DNA from: a virus
Virus record (IMG/VR): IMGVR_UViG_3300032236_001244
Coordinates: 3,583-67,582 of that record
Length of the DNA stretch: 64,000 nucleotides
Strand: one strand, 5' to 3'
Position 1 is the stretch's first letter, and each line of letters opens with the position of its first letter. The notes beneath the pieces were generated by a model. That model did not search any database. It was not told the DNA's origin and saw only the letters and a list, made by a program, of their open reading frames with translations. Shown here in pieces: positions 9,489-20,500 of the stretch. Position numbers and translations under genes: made by a program.

Positions 9489-10403
9489 TTACGAGGGGGC
9501 AACCTCGCCCGTTTCCTCAACCTCTTCAATCTCAGCAATTTGACCCACCAAATTGGTGGCTTCGTTGAGACGAGCCTTGGTGAGGCTGTTCACCTTTGGC
9601 AATCCAGCCTCACCCCAAGCCTTTGCCAATTCACGGCGCTGGGCTGGGCTGAGCGAGCGAATACGACCGTCAAGAACATCACGCTCGGTGTCGCTGATGA
9701 TTGGGTCGCCGGACTTCAGCCAGAGACGGAACTGATTGGCTGCTTCCATTGCCTTGTTGGGGGCGAACACTTGGTCAGCCAAAGCCTCGCAACGGGTCTT
9801 TCCAATAATCGTTCGGTGGTCGGTGTCCATTTCAAGAACGAGGGTGAACTCGTACTCAATGCCGTCACGCTGTTGCGGAGCCATTCCGACTTTCTTGGGG
9901 GCGGTGCGACCACGCTCGTCCTTCTCCAGCGAGTACTCCGTCTTGGAGCGCATGGTGGTGATGATGTGACCGTTGAAGGCGAGGATTGCGTCCACCATTC
10001 GTTGCTGAATGGGAGTAGCGGTGCGCCAGCCAGCGAAGGAGTTGCCCTTTGAGGCTGCTCCGGCTTGCTCAACAATCTCCAGCAAGCCACCCTGTCCGTT
10101 GTAGAAGTGGGTGAGGCTGTCAATCACGAGGACTGCGTAGCCCTCTTGCTCAGCGACCTTCAGAACCTCAACGAGGCGGTCGGGGTGATACGGGGCTGAC
10201 ATTGACAGAGCGTCAAAGTCAAATCGGTCTGCGTATAACTTTGCGCTATCACGCTCGGTGTCCACAACCGCAATCTTGCCACCTTCAGCAAGTTCGGTTG
10301 CCCATGCCAGAGCCGAGTAAGTCTTACCCGAACCTGAAGGGCCTGTTACGGCAATGCGAGCCTTTGCTTCGGCTTTCGTTGCTTTGGTGAATAATGAACT
10401 CAC
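9489..10403 (-). CDS. AAA_24/Sak4-like recombination ATPase
   Basis: GPSGSGKT, VVDTE, VIDSLTH, EYEF; GTG start chosen at 10403. Confidence 0.85.
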   Translation of the reverse strand: MSSLFTKATKAEAKARIAVTGPSGSGKTYSALAWATELAEGGKIAVVDTERDSAKLYADRFDFDALSMSAPYHPDRLVEVLKVAEQEGYAVLVIDSLTHFYNGQGGLLEIVEQAGAASKGNSFAGWRTATPIQQRMVDAILAFNGHIITTMRSKTEYSLEKDERGRTAPKKVGMAPQQRDGIEYEFTLVLEMDTDHRTIIGKTRCEALADQVFAPNKAMEAANQFRLWLKSGDPIISDTERDVLDGRIRSLSPAQRRELAKAWGEAGLPKVNSLTKARLNEATNLVGQIAEIEEVEETGEVAPS

Positions 10404-10586
10404 AGTGTTACCTGCTTTCTGTCTAACCATTATCGGTATCGTCGGGTTCACTATAGCAACTCGCTCAACCCCTGTCCACCATTTTCAAAAAAATTTGAAA
10501 AGGCTTGTCACACCCCGTTCGTACACTTTGGTGAAGTTTGGTATTGGTTACTAAACCGTGCTACACTTTCGCACCAACAAAGGAGA

Positions 10587-11168
10587 ATGAAAATGACTGA
10601 TGAACTCACCACCCTTATCGACTACCTTGCTGACGCCGGACAACCAACTTCATTTGTAGACATTGCTGATACAAAGTTTGCTATCAACAATGACGACGAA
10701 GCGTTTTGGGCTATGCGCCGTCTCGCCATTGCCCAGCGTCGTATTGACGAGGTGAAGCGACAGGCGCAGATTGAACTTGACCGTATCAACCGCTGGGTCG
10801 CTGAGAACTCCGCTTCTGCTGAGCGTGAGATTTCTTACTTTGACAAGGTGCTGGGAAACTACCTTGTTCGTGTTCGTGAAAACGACACTGACGGTCGCAA
10901 GAAGTTGGACTTCCCCGACGGCACGATTACGAGCCGTGTCACTCCCGACAAGGTAACCGTTGAGGACGCCGACGCTTTCCTTGCGTGGGCTGAAGCAAAC
11001 GGTCACGCTGATTGGGTTCGTGTAAAGCGTGAGGCTGATGTTGCCACAATCAAGAAGGTTGTGGACTTTAGCGACGGAGCGGTGATTGACCCAATGACGG
11101 GTCAGATTGTCGCTGGTCTTTCCCGTGTTGAAGGTGGCGTGTCGGTTACGGTCAAGGTGAACGAATAG
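10587..11168 (+). CDS. Gam-like host-nuclease inhibitor
   Basis: A.WAMRRL coiled coil, KKLDFPDGTITSR; SD AGGAG and TGCTACACT -10; the only clear + strand CDS. Confidence 0.8.
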   Translation: MKMTDELTTLIDYLADAGQPTSFVDIADTKFAINNDDEAFWAMRRLAIAQRRIDEVKRQAQIELDRINRWVAENSASAEREISYFDKVLGNYLVRVRENDTDGRKKLDFPDGTITSRVTPDKVTVEDADAFLAWAEANGHADWVRVKREADVATIKKVVDFSDGAVIDPMTGQIVAGLSRVEGGVSVTVKVNE

Positions 11169-11202
11169 CCAAAGGTTGTGGTGCGGACGACAGCACTACA
11201 AA

Positions 11203-11246
11203 GCGAAACCCCCACCAGCCCTTAGTTGGGTCGGTGGGGGTTTCGC
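11203..11246. terminator. Bidirectional terminator hairpin
   Basis: 14-bp stem GCGAAACCCCCACC/GGTGGGGGTTTCGC between convergent genes. Confidence 0.8.
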
Positions 11247-11279
11247 AATTTGGACGGCGAACCGCCTGCGTGGTGAATG

Positions 11280-11558
11280 CTACTTAGTCAGCGAGGCTGG
11301 CTTGCTGGCTCCGAGAACCTTGTTCAGCACGGGAAACTTGGCTTCCAAGACATGAGCGAGGGTGCTGTATCCGGTAGCGACCGCTGGCGCAATGTAAGCG
11401 TACGCCTGCGTAGCGTCCAACTTAAAACCAACCTTAGCAGCGACCGAAACCGCTAGACCAACGAGGGCAGGAACAACATAACGAATGACCGTCGCACTGA
11501 CAGCCTTGGGGTCAATCTTGGGGGCGGAAAGTGGGGAATTGGTTTGTGGGGTTGTCAC
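11280..11558 (-). CDS. Holin-like membrane protein
   Basis: Two hydrophobic segments and a basic C-terminus, at the end of the late operon. Confidence 0.65.
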   Translation of the reverse strand: MTTPQTNSPLSAPKIDPKAVSATVIRYVVPALVGLAVSVAAKVGFKLDATQAYAYIAPAVATGYSTLAHVLEAKFPVLNKVLGASKPASLTK

Positions 11559-11883
11559 TTTTTGCTTCTTTCTTTAGAGTTTGCTCTAATTTTTCCTCGG
11601 CTTCGGCACGGTGCCACCCAAGGTGTCTTTCAACATTATCTTCAATCGTATCAAAGCGCAAGTCCATGCGAGCAAAAGCGAGGTCAATTTTTTCAAAGCG
11701 AGTTTCAATGCGGTCAAACTTTTCCTCAAAAGAACCAATGTGCTGTTCAATTTTGGAAGTGTCGTCGTGACCTTCTTTGCGACCACGGTGCGCTGAATAC
11801 CAACCAGCCGAAGCAGCGAGCGTTGCTGGTATAGCGGTAATAATCGCACCAATTACATACGGTGGTGTTGAACTCGCTGGCAT
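11512..11883 (-). CDS. Lysis-cassette membrane protein (TM + coiled coil)
   Basis: N-terminal TM, heptad FEEKFDRIETRFEKID, C-terminal HLGWH. Confidence 0.65.
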   Translation of the reverse strand: MPASSTPPYVIGAIITAIPATLAASAGWYSAHRGRKEGHDDTSKIEQHIGSFEEKFDRIETRFEKIDLAFARMDLRFDTIEDNVERHLGWHRAEAEEKLEQTLKKEAKSDNPTNQFPTFRPQD

Positions 11884-11919
11884 ACCCCGATTTTAGGGCA
11901 TGGTTTAAAAACGGCGGTG

Positions 11920-12909
11920 CTAGTTGGCAATTCCAAGGTCGTGGATAACCACTCTTTGGAAAATGCCCGTAGCGGTTGGTGGGGTTCCACCCGTTGCTGA
12001 AACTTTGGCAGCGAAATACCAAACAAATTGTGCGTTGGGATAGGTTCCCGTCCAACTGTATGGATAAGTTCCGCTGGTGTTGGAGTTAGACCAAATTGTT
12101 TGACCGCTTGCGGTATAAGTTCCGTTGTTTACCGTTCTGCTGTTCATTTCATAAAAGCCAGAGGGCGTTATAAAACCACACGACAATTGGTGGCTGGCAG
12201 TAAAAATAATTGGGGTTCCTGAAGATTGCGTTTTGTAAGTGTTTTGCGACAAAGTGATTGTCTGGGTTCCGGCTGAGTAGGTTCCAACTGCGGTAACGGT
12301 TGTTCCGCCGGTAATCCCGTCAGCAGTTACGGAAGCGCCGACGCCGACACCCGAAGCACCCGTCAATCCTGTCAATGTGACAGTTGTGGAGTTATTCGCA
12401 AAGGTTCCGCCAAAAACATCAGACGGTTCAGCGTTGGTGATGTTGAAGGAGAAGGAGCATTCTGCTTTGTAAATCCGATTGGGCAAAAGTTGCGTGGTGA
12501 TTGCGGTTCCGTTTAATTGCGTGACAACATTTGGAACCGAAATAACAGTGGTGTCGGTAAAGGCGCCATGACCAATAACGGTGTTGGCGGTCGGAACTCG
12601 GTGTCCGTCATTTCCGTTTACGGCGTCAGCCAGCTTGGAAACAACAAAACCGTCTTCTCCCGACATTGAAACCCAAACGGTGTCGCCAAGATTTGGCGTG
12701 TAGGTGTCTACAAAGCGAATTCCGTGAACGGGCGCCTCGTCACCAGCCAAGTTAATGCTCAGCGTCGGTGCGTCGTGAGAGTTGCCGTTCCAATTTGGGT
12801 CATAGCCAATAACCGTTCCTTGGCGCAAAACATCATTGGGGGGAAGGTGAAACTGACCATTTCCCACCATTGAATTGGCAAGGTCACGGAAGTTAAAGTT
12901 GCCCGACAT
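11920..12909 (-). CDS. Minor tail protein
   Basis: RQGTVI...YTPNLGDTVWV OB-fold-like N-terminus; position in the tail module. Confidence 0.7.
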   Translation of the reverse strand: MSGNFNFRDLANSMVGNGQFHLPPNDVLRQGTVIGYDPNWNGNSHDAPTLSINLAGDEAPVHGIRFVDTYTPNLGDTVWVSMSGEDGFVVSKLADAVNGNDGHRVPTANTVIGHGAFTDTTVISVPNVVTQLNGTAITTQLLPNRIYKAECSFSFNITNAEPSDVFGGTFANNSTTVTLTGLTGASGVGVGASVTADGITGGTTVTAVGTYSAGTQTITLSQNTYKTQSSGTPIIFTASHQLSCGFITPSGFYEMNSRTVNNGTYTASGQTIWSNSNTSGTYPYSWTGTYPNAQFVWYFAAKVSATGGTPPTATGIFQRVVIHDLGIAN

Positions 12910-14519
12910 TAGTAGCCCTGACTGTACTCAGCGACACGGATAGCGTCCTGACGACTACCGACACGGCGAACTCGTGCGGTGATGTTCATAGGCGTTTCCA
13001 AATCCAAAGGAATGGTCATTTGGTCAATGTAGTGCGAAATAGAGCCAGCGTTGCTGGCGTCCGCTGGGTCTAGCACAATGGTGTTTTTGCGATACTGACG
13101 CTTGGGCTTGAAGGGCTGAACCGAAATTGTCGTTGAGCCTTGCGGTGCGGTGTGCGACAAAACAACAACTTCTTGCTCATTGTTGGTGTACAAAACCATT
13201 TGCGAACCAGCAGGGTACGACTTCTTCAAAGGCGTGACCGTTATTTTGTTAATCACGGTTGTAGCGGTGATAATTGGAAAGTCTGCTGATAGTTCGGTTA
13301 CAACGCTTTCGGGTCGGTAAATGCCAATGCGCTTGCGTCGCACACGAATAACATCACCCGTGTCCAAAGCAGGATTAACAACGCCTTCCATGGTCGTTGC
13401 TTCTTCTCCACCAACAAACCAATTCAAATAAGTATCCGCTGCGTTTTGTACTTCCGCTTGTGTCGTAAGTTTTTTGCGACCGCTTTCACGACCGACCACA
13501 CGACCAAACTCGCCCTTGTAATAAGTTGGTGAAGCAGGGTCGCCGTCATAAGCGACAGCCTTAACCGGAGTTTTGGTTCCGGTGTTTTCTCCCGTCGCAA
13601 TGACATAGTTCACAGCCTTGCTGTCATTTAGTTTGCGGTTGGCGGTTATAAGAAGTCCGCCTTCGCCGTCAAAAAAGTCCCAAACGGGACTAATGGTGTT
13701 TGGGTCGGGAATTGGTTGAAGTCGGAAAGAACCGTCGGCGTCCACAAAAAGTTCGGCGCCAATACTTGCTGCTAAACCCGTGATGTCCGTCCACGGAGAA
13801 TTGGAACCCGTGGTGCTGATAGTCATAGAGCCCATAATGACGGGTTTGGTCAGGGGCTTATTGGCGACGCCACCAAATTCAAATCGTGGCTCACCAAATA
13901 CAGACTTTCTCCCATTGCCCCAGCGGTCGTTAATGAGAAGTTTGATTGCTTCGTGTACGCCCGTCGCAATGTAGGTTTGCTCGGGGGTGGTTGCTGAAGC
14001 CGAAACGGGAACGGTGTACTTTGACTTCCAAACAGTTACCGGAGAAGTCCAAGCGTTTTTGGCAATGTTGGAAGAAATGTCAGAGCCGTCCACGCTAATG
14101 GTGATTTGTCCGTCCGCCTGTTCATCAATAGAAACCGAATTAATGCGGAAAACCCCAAGTGGCACAATTTCGTAAGCGCCCGAACTCGGCGCCATAATTT
14201 CACGAGAAAGCGGTGGCGGAGTGTTCGCCAAATCGGTTCCAATGTTGTCAATGTTCCAGAGAACACCACGGTATGCGTAAATGTGGTTTCCGTAAATACT
14301 CAGTGCGTCCGTAGATTTGGTCGGAACCAAAGTTGCGTCGTTGGTGGTGAAAGAAATTGTGCGCCGAACATCTTGGCTGGTTCGGTCAATTTTAACTTCG
14401 CCACTCGTAACCGGAATGTTTCGGAAGGTTCCGTCAATAGAAAGCGCCTTCAAAATCACCATGGGTCGGTGAGAGCCTTGAAGCGATTGTAAAAATTTTT
14501 GACTGACGGGGGAGTACAT
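12909..14519 (-). CDS. Minor tail/baseplate hub protein (actinophage DUF5047-like)
   Basis: VPLGVFRI, LFVDADG, NYVIATGE, NPALDTGDVI. Confidence 0.75.
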   Translation of the reverse strand: MYSPVSQKFLQSLQGSHRPMVILKALSIDGTFRNIPVTSGEVKIDRTSQDVRRTISFTTNDATLVPTKSTDALSIYGNHIYAYRGVLWNIDNIGTDLANTPPPLSREIMAPSSGAYEIVPLGVFRINSVSIDEQADGQITISVDGSDISSNIAKNAWTSPVTVWKSKYTVPVSASATTPEQTYIATGVHEAIKLLINDRWGNGRKSVFGEPRFEFGGVANKPLTKPVIMGSMTISTTGSNSPWTDITGLAASIGAELFVDADGSFRLQPIPDPNTISPVWDFFDGEGGLLITANRKLNDSKAVNYVIATGENTGTKTPVKAVAYDGDPASPTYYKGEFGRVVGRESGRKKLTTQAEVQNAADTYLNWFVGGEEATTMEGVVNPALDTGDVIRVRRKRIGIYRPESVVTELSADFPIITATTVINKITVTPLKKSYPAGSQMVLYTNNEQEVVVLSHTAPQGSTTISVQPFKPKRQYRKNTIVLDPADASNAGSISHYIDQMTIPLDLETPMNITARVRRVGSRQDAIRVAEYSQGY

Positions 14520-14521
14520 AA

Positions 14522-17500
14522 CTAACTTCCGTAAGTGTAGCCAAAGTTCGGTGGCGCAGCCTCTACATAGTTAATGGTGATTTCACGGTACGGCGAAGCA
14601 GCGGCGTTGTGAACAATGCTGACATCTTGGTTGATGAAGATGTACATACGAGTACTTTCAACGGGGTTGGTAAGAATGAGCGTTTCGCCCTTATTGACAA
14701 GCGACATGAAGTTGTCAAAGTTTGCGTTGTCAGTCCAAACAACCGTAATACTTCCGTCTCGTCCTTGAACAATTCCCGACAAGGTGATTGGACGGCTGGA
14801 ACCAAGTGGGTAGAACACGCCAGCAGGGTGCTTTTGCGTGTCCGTGTAGCCCGTCTTGACAATCATTGGGTAGCGGAGCGTGTCATCACTCGTGCTGGCA
14901 AGCCACCAAGTTGCGCTCGTCAGGTTTGGCGCAAGGGTCGGCTGGGTGGTGACACCGCCAATGGTGTAGTTGTTTGCGGTCGGGTCGCTCGTGAGCGAAG
15001 CGGTCGCACGGTAATAGGTGACCTTATTCGGGATTGCTTCGTAGTCGGTAATGGTGGCTTTGCCGGACTTGTCCGCAATCACAGAAGCGCCGTTGCGAAG
15101 GGTCGTCCAAGTCAGCCCGTTGTCTTCGCTACGCTCAATGCGGTAGGTGTACGAACTGTGCGAGGCGCCAATGTAGCCGTCCTCGCCCCAATTGAATACC
15201 GCAACAGGAGTTCCGGCTGATTGGCTGGTTTGGAGTTCATCTCCAAGACCGGCGGTAAGCGAGTAGACACGAACGCCAGAAGCGTGAGCCTTGGTAAAAC
15301 CAGGTGCGCTTACAGTCACAGTGTTTCCACCCGTCCACGACGGGCTGACCGTAATCGTTTCAGCGTTGGAGCCTTGGTACTCAATGGTTAGTTGCGAGCC
15401 AACCCCCAAGCCTGCGATTGAGGCAAGGGTAATGGTCGTGTCGCCAGCCTTGATTGCTGAAAGAGTGTTCGTCCAAAGGGTGTTGTTGCCACTTCCATAA
15501 TGAACTTCACGAGTTCCAAAGTCGCCCACGGGGTCAAAGACATACAAACTGTCGCTTCCAGCAATTGGCGTCGTCGCTGGCACCGAGAAGGAAGAAACTG
15601 CGTGGTTTGGTGAAACAGTAATGCTTGTGCCAAGCGTGGGGATTTCCGTTGAAGCAACCGAGTTGTTTGCGCTGAGCGTAGGAACCGTCAAAGCCTTGAA
15701 CATGACACCCGACAGACCGTAGGCGTCTCCCGAGTTTGCGTACTTCCATTGGAACGAGCAAACAGCACGGGTTGCGCTGATTGTCAAAGTGTTGTTGGTT
15801 GGGACAACCAAACCGTCAATGAAACGCACGGGTACAGATGTTGCGTTTACCGAAACGGCGCTGGTGGTGGTGAACGCAACCCCTTGAGAGTTGTACAAAA
15901 CCGTACCGGCGTTCAACGGAATGGTTACGCCACTTCCGCCAATCGTAAATGTTCCGGTTGAGGTGGACAGCGAGGTGAAGTTGGTCGTTGTTCCGATAAC
16001 TTGATTGAGCGGAGCGGTAGCGACCATGGCAACGGGCGTCCAACCCTGACCCCATGCGCTCGTGGTGGTGTTTAGGGGTGCGCCAATCGTGACAGAGTTG
16101 GTTGCTCCAGCAGTGTGACCATTGGCTCCAAGGCTCTGGTTACCGTACGACGACTTCAAAAGGTTTCCGATTTCGTCATACCAATCAATGCGAGGTGCGA
16201 AGGTTGGCGTACCCGTTCCGGTGATTACCTTGGAGAAGCCAGCCAAGCCATAAGTGGTGCCAGCGTTTACGAGGATTGGATTTTGGTCGGTTATAGACCA
16301 ATTGGTTGGGTAGGTGCTGATTTCCGCAATGTCGGTACCCGTACCCGTACCCGTAGTGGGGTCAGCGAGCAGTACATTTTCGCCAAAAATCGTTGGGTAT
16401 TGGAAGCGAACGGGAGTGTAGGCAGGGAACGAAAGTTTTGGCGAGAAAGGCTTGACGGGAATGCTCGTTGAGCCAGCAGGAATAACCATGTTGGCGTAGG
16501 GCGTAAATGTTGCGCTGATGTTTGTAAGGATTGGCGAAGAAGGCGTGGTACCCGTTCCGCCCGTAGCGCTTGAGTATTGGGTCGCTCCGGAAATTTGCGC
16601 TCCCGTGTTGTCGCTAAAGGTGATTGCGTAGCCACCCGTAACACTGGTCTTGCCAAGGACGGTGGTGTTGGGCGAAAGTCCAATGGCGGTCACGAGCGAG
16701 CCGGTAACAGAACCAGGGTCGCTTGCGAAAAACAGGGCGTTAAAGGTTGATTGCGTGGTGTTCGCCGTAAAGGTCGTACCCGTCAAGTTTCCAATTACGC
16801 CACCCGTAGCGGTCGTTGGCTGGGTTACAAAGTCCACAACGACCGATTGCTGGGTATCAACATCTGTAGTTTTGCTGTGTGGTGTTACTACGGTGCGAGT
16901 GTATTGACCGGAAGAAGTTGGGGCGACCGCAGGAGTAGTTCGGGTCTTCTTAACCCAGAGGTAGTCGCCGTTTTGAAGTTTCTGGTGAGAAAAACCCTTC
17001 TTGTCGGTGTACTTGCCCTTGAAGTGAACAATCTTGCGACCCGTGTACTGAACGGGTGGCTTGTAACCAATCATGGTGTTAGCCGGAATGATGAAAGAAC
17101 TTCCGTCGCCAACTTGCCAACCGTGAGCAACGCCAATTGGCTTGATGTTAATTGTGCTGTCGCCCTTGTGCCAAGCCTTGGTAAGTGTGACATAAAGCCA
17201 TGGTGGGGTGATTGTCTTGTTCTTGATTGGGTCTTGGAAACTGTCGGTAGCGAGGATTAATTGCGTTCCTTCGGGAATGTAGTTCAATGAAACGCAAGCA
17301 TTCGCACTGTCCATTTGAATTGACAAGTTGCTCAGAGACTTGTTTACCGAAAGTTGGCTGACGGGCAAAGACTTAGAACCAGCAATTTGCTTATTGGTGT
17401 AGCCAGCGGTAAGCGTGGTTGCGTTGTGTGCGGTGGTGTCCCAGACATCAGTAACGCCGGAAATCACCATTTCCACCGTGGCGGGCCCGATTGTGTGAGC

Positions 17501-20500
17501 AAGGTCAAGCGTTTTTGCTGTCGTTTGGGTGACGGTGGTGCCGTCCGCCGAAATCTGGTTTGCGCCACCAGCAACACGCCAATGGTTGAACTGAAGAACA
17601 ACCGTTGAGCCAATGTCTTTCTTGGACAAAAGGCGGTTGGGGTCGTAGACAATACAGTGATTGGTGTTGTCCTTGTCTGCGCCTTGCGTTTGCGTGTAAA
17701 CAACAAGTTGCCCGTTTACGGGTGCTGAAACAGCAGGACTTCCGCCATTACTCCAACGCACAACCGAAGGCGAGGTGGTTGTCCAATTTGTCGTGACTTG
17801 GTGCTTCCAATCAATGGTTGCGGTTGAACCAACATAAAGGTCGTCTTGGAGCCCGAAGGTTACCGTTGAGCCGACAGCGTGAGATGTTGCGGTGGTTCCC
17901 TTGTAGCCACGGGTAACAATGGTGAAGGTGTCGCCATTGTTGTTGCCGTCCATGTTGTTAGTGACAAGGATTTTTTCCGTTCCAATAGTCACCCAGAATT
18001 TTCCGGAAGTTGGGAAACCAAGTGCGTCAGAAGCCTTGCTTGCTGAACCGGAAACTTTAAATGTTCCAAGACCCGTGCCGGAAAGCGCACCTTGCGTTAG
18101 AACATAACCAACCGAGCCAATGGGCAACGAATTGATAATTACATTTTGCGTAAGTGGTGATGACAGGGCGTTACCACCAATGAGCGCCTTTACGGTTGTT
18201 GAAGTCGTGTCATTTGAGGTGACGCCCCACTGACCAAGACCGCCAGCGAAACCGCCGTTGTTGGCACCGAGCAGATTGTCGGTGCTTTGAACTACCAAGG
18301 TGTTTACAGCGTTGGTTCCGTCTGCGTAGATTGACATGATTGGCGCAGACGGTTGTTTTGTCGTAACAATAAGCGACTTGTTTTGCCAATCGCCCCACCA
18401 TTGCTTCTGGTGAAACTGTTTTGCTACACGGACAAAAACCCAATAAGTCTGACCATTGACCCACGGGGAAATGGTGTTGCCGTTTGCGTCGGTAAGGACA
18501 AGGGAAACTTCCGAACCGTTGTCATTTCCAGACGAGTTCCAAACTGGAGTGGATTGGTCGGGTGAGAAATCCGCAAGGTTGTAGGTGAAGTCGTCAAAAA
18601 TCTTTACTTCCCAACCCGTTTGAGGTTCGTTGTCCATGTCCGAGTAGTTCCAGAAAATGGAGTTTGTCGTGTCTGGCGAAATGATGAGGTTGTCACTTGG
18701 CGAAAAGTGGATACTGCTAACCGTTGGTGCTGATTTGAATTCGGCACGAAGGGCAATTGAGCGGTAGGCAACCGACTTGCCCTGTGGAACTTTAACCTTG
18801 AAATGGAATTGAGCCCGAGAAACGCTTTCAGCAGTCCACTCGTTTCCGCTTGGGTCTACCGAGCGACTTCCACCAAAGTAGTTAGAGAAACTTGTTGAAG
18901 ACGAGCCCGTAAAGGTGTCGGGAGCCGTTTCCTTGCCCGTAGTCGGGTCAATCAAGGTGATGTTGCTCAGGTCGCCACCGTTTACCGCTCCAAGGATTGA
19001 GTAAATTCCCTGAACATTATTAATGCGAGCAGTGCGCCACGATTGACCGTCAAACATTACAAACTTGTCAAGTTCAGGTCGGTAAGTGGTGTCACCAATT
19101 TGAAGGCTTGAGGGGTACTTGTAGTAAACCAAACTCTCGCCGGAGTTGTGCTGATACACGGTTGGCTCAGAAAGGTTTACGGTGTAGTAGCCGTTGGCTG
19201 ACGCTGGGGTTGAAATTGGGTAAACAATTTCTTGGGTGGTTCCACTGCCAAGCGCCATTGGGTACGAGGAAGTGAAGAGTGTGCTGTAAACCGAGAAGGT
19301 TGATGAGGCATTTGTGGTGTTCGCAAAACCGGAAAGAACAACCGTCGTGCCGGAAATGCTCTTTACAAAGTAGGACTGCGTTTGGATTAGGTCGTTACTA
19401 AAGACCTGCTGACCAACGGTCAAACCGGATACCGAACCAGAGAGGGTAATGGTGTTGGAGAAAACGGTGGTTGAAGCGGTGAAGGAAAAGCCAACCGTCT
19501 GACCGTCAAAGGCATAGTTAGGAACAAAAGGTTCCACCTCAATGGTGATTGCGTCTTTACGGGTGTAGCCAGCGGTTGTTATTTGTAGCGTTTTGGTTGG
19601 GTCTGAGTTTGCGCTCAAAATTAATACTTGATTTGGTGAAAGGTCGTTGGCAAGACCGACCCCAATGACTGCGCCAAGGGCGTAACTACCGTCCGCATTA
19701 ACCGGAACGCCGTTGGTGGTGCTGGTAGCCAAATAATTGTAGCGAGGCACAAACGAATTGACAGCAATGCTCGTGTCGCCAGCGTTAGCGTTTGCTGATG
19801 TCGTTAGCGTTTGCTTGTAATCGCCAAACATGATGTTGAGCGTCGTCCCCGAGGGAATGTAACAAGGCAACGGCGTGGTTGAGAATGAGTTGTAGGTGTT
19901 TCCCGTAGCCAAGTTGCCAGCCACCGTAAAACTTTGTGAAGTCTGTGGCGTGGTGTTCGTTAGGTTCTGGGAAAGAGTAATACTTGACGAGCCCACAGCG
20001 GTAATTGTTGCCCCAGCAGGAATGTAGGGGTTACCGGAAACCACAGCACCAACCGTAAGGTTTGCGACCGAAGGCATGGCGGTAATGGTGTTTCCAACAA
20101 TGGTCGTACCCGTAAAAGTGTTGCTGAGCGTTACGGTCTGGCTTGACCAAGGAGTGGTCGTAGCAATAGCCTTGTTAAGCAAAACCTCGTATGTGTTTCC
20201 GCCAGCACCGGCTGGTTGAACGGTGGTGATTGTGGTTCCCGACTGAATGTACGCATTGGAAGCGTTGTCAGAGACGGTAACGCCCGTCGTAAACAACTTG
20301 TCAATTTCGGTGTTGTTGGCGTAGGGGACAATGATTGAGCGCCCCGTGTCAGCGGTAAAGCCAATTGCCGAGGTGATTGTTGCGCCGGTCGCAGCGGTAA
20401 TGCCGGTCGTCGTTCCCGAAACAACAAAGGTTCCAGCGGAAGCACTGACCGAAGCAACATAACGCCCAGCAATACCGCCACCCGAGGCGGTGGTGATTGG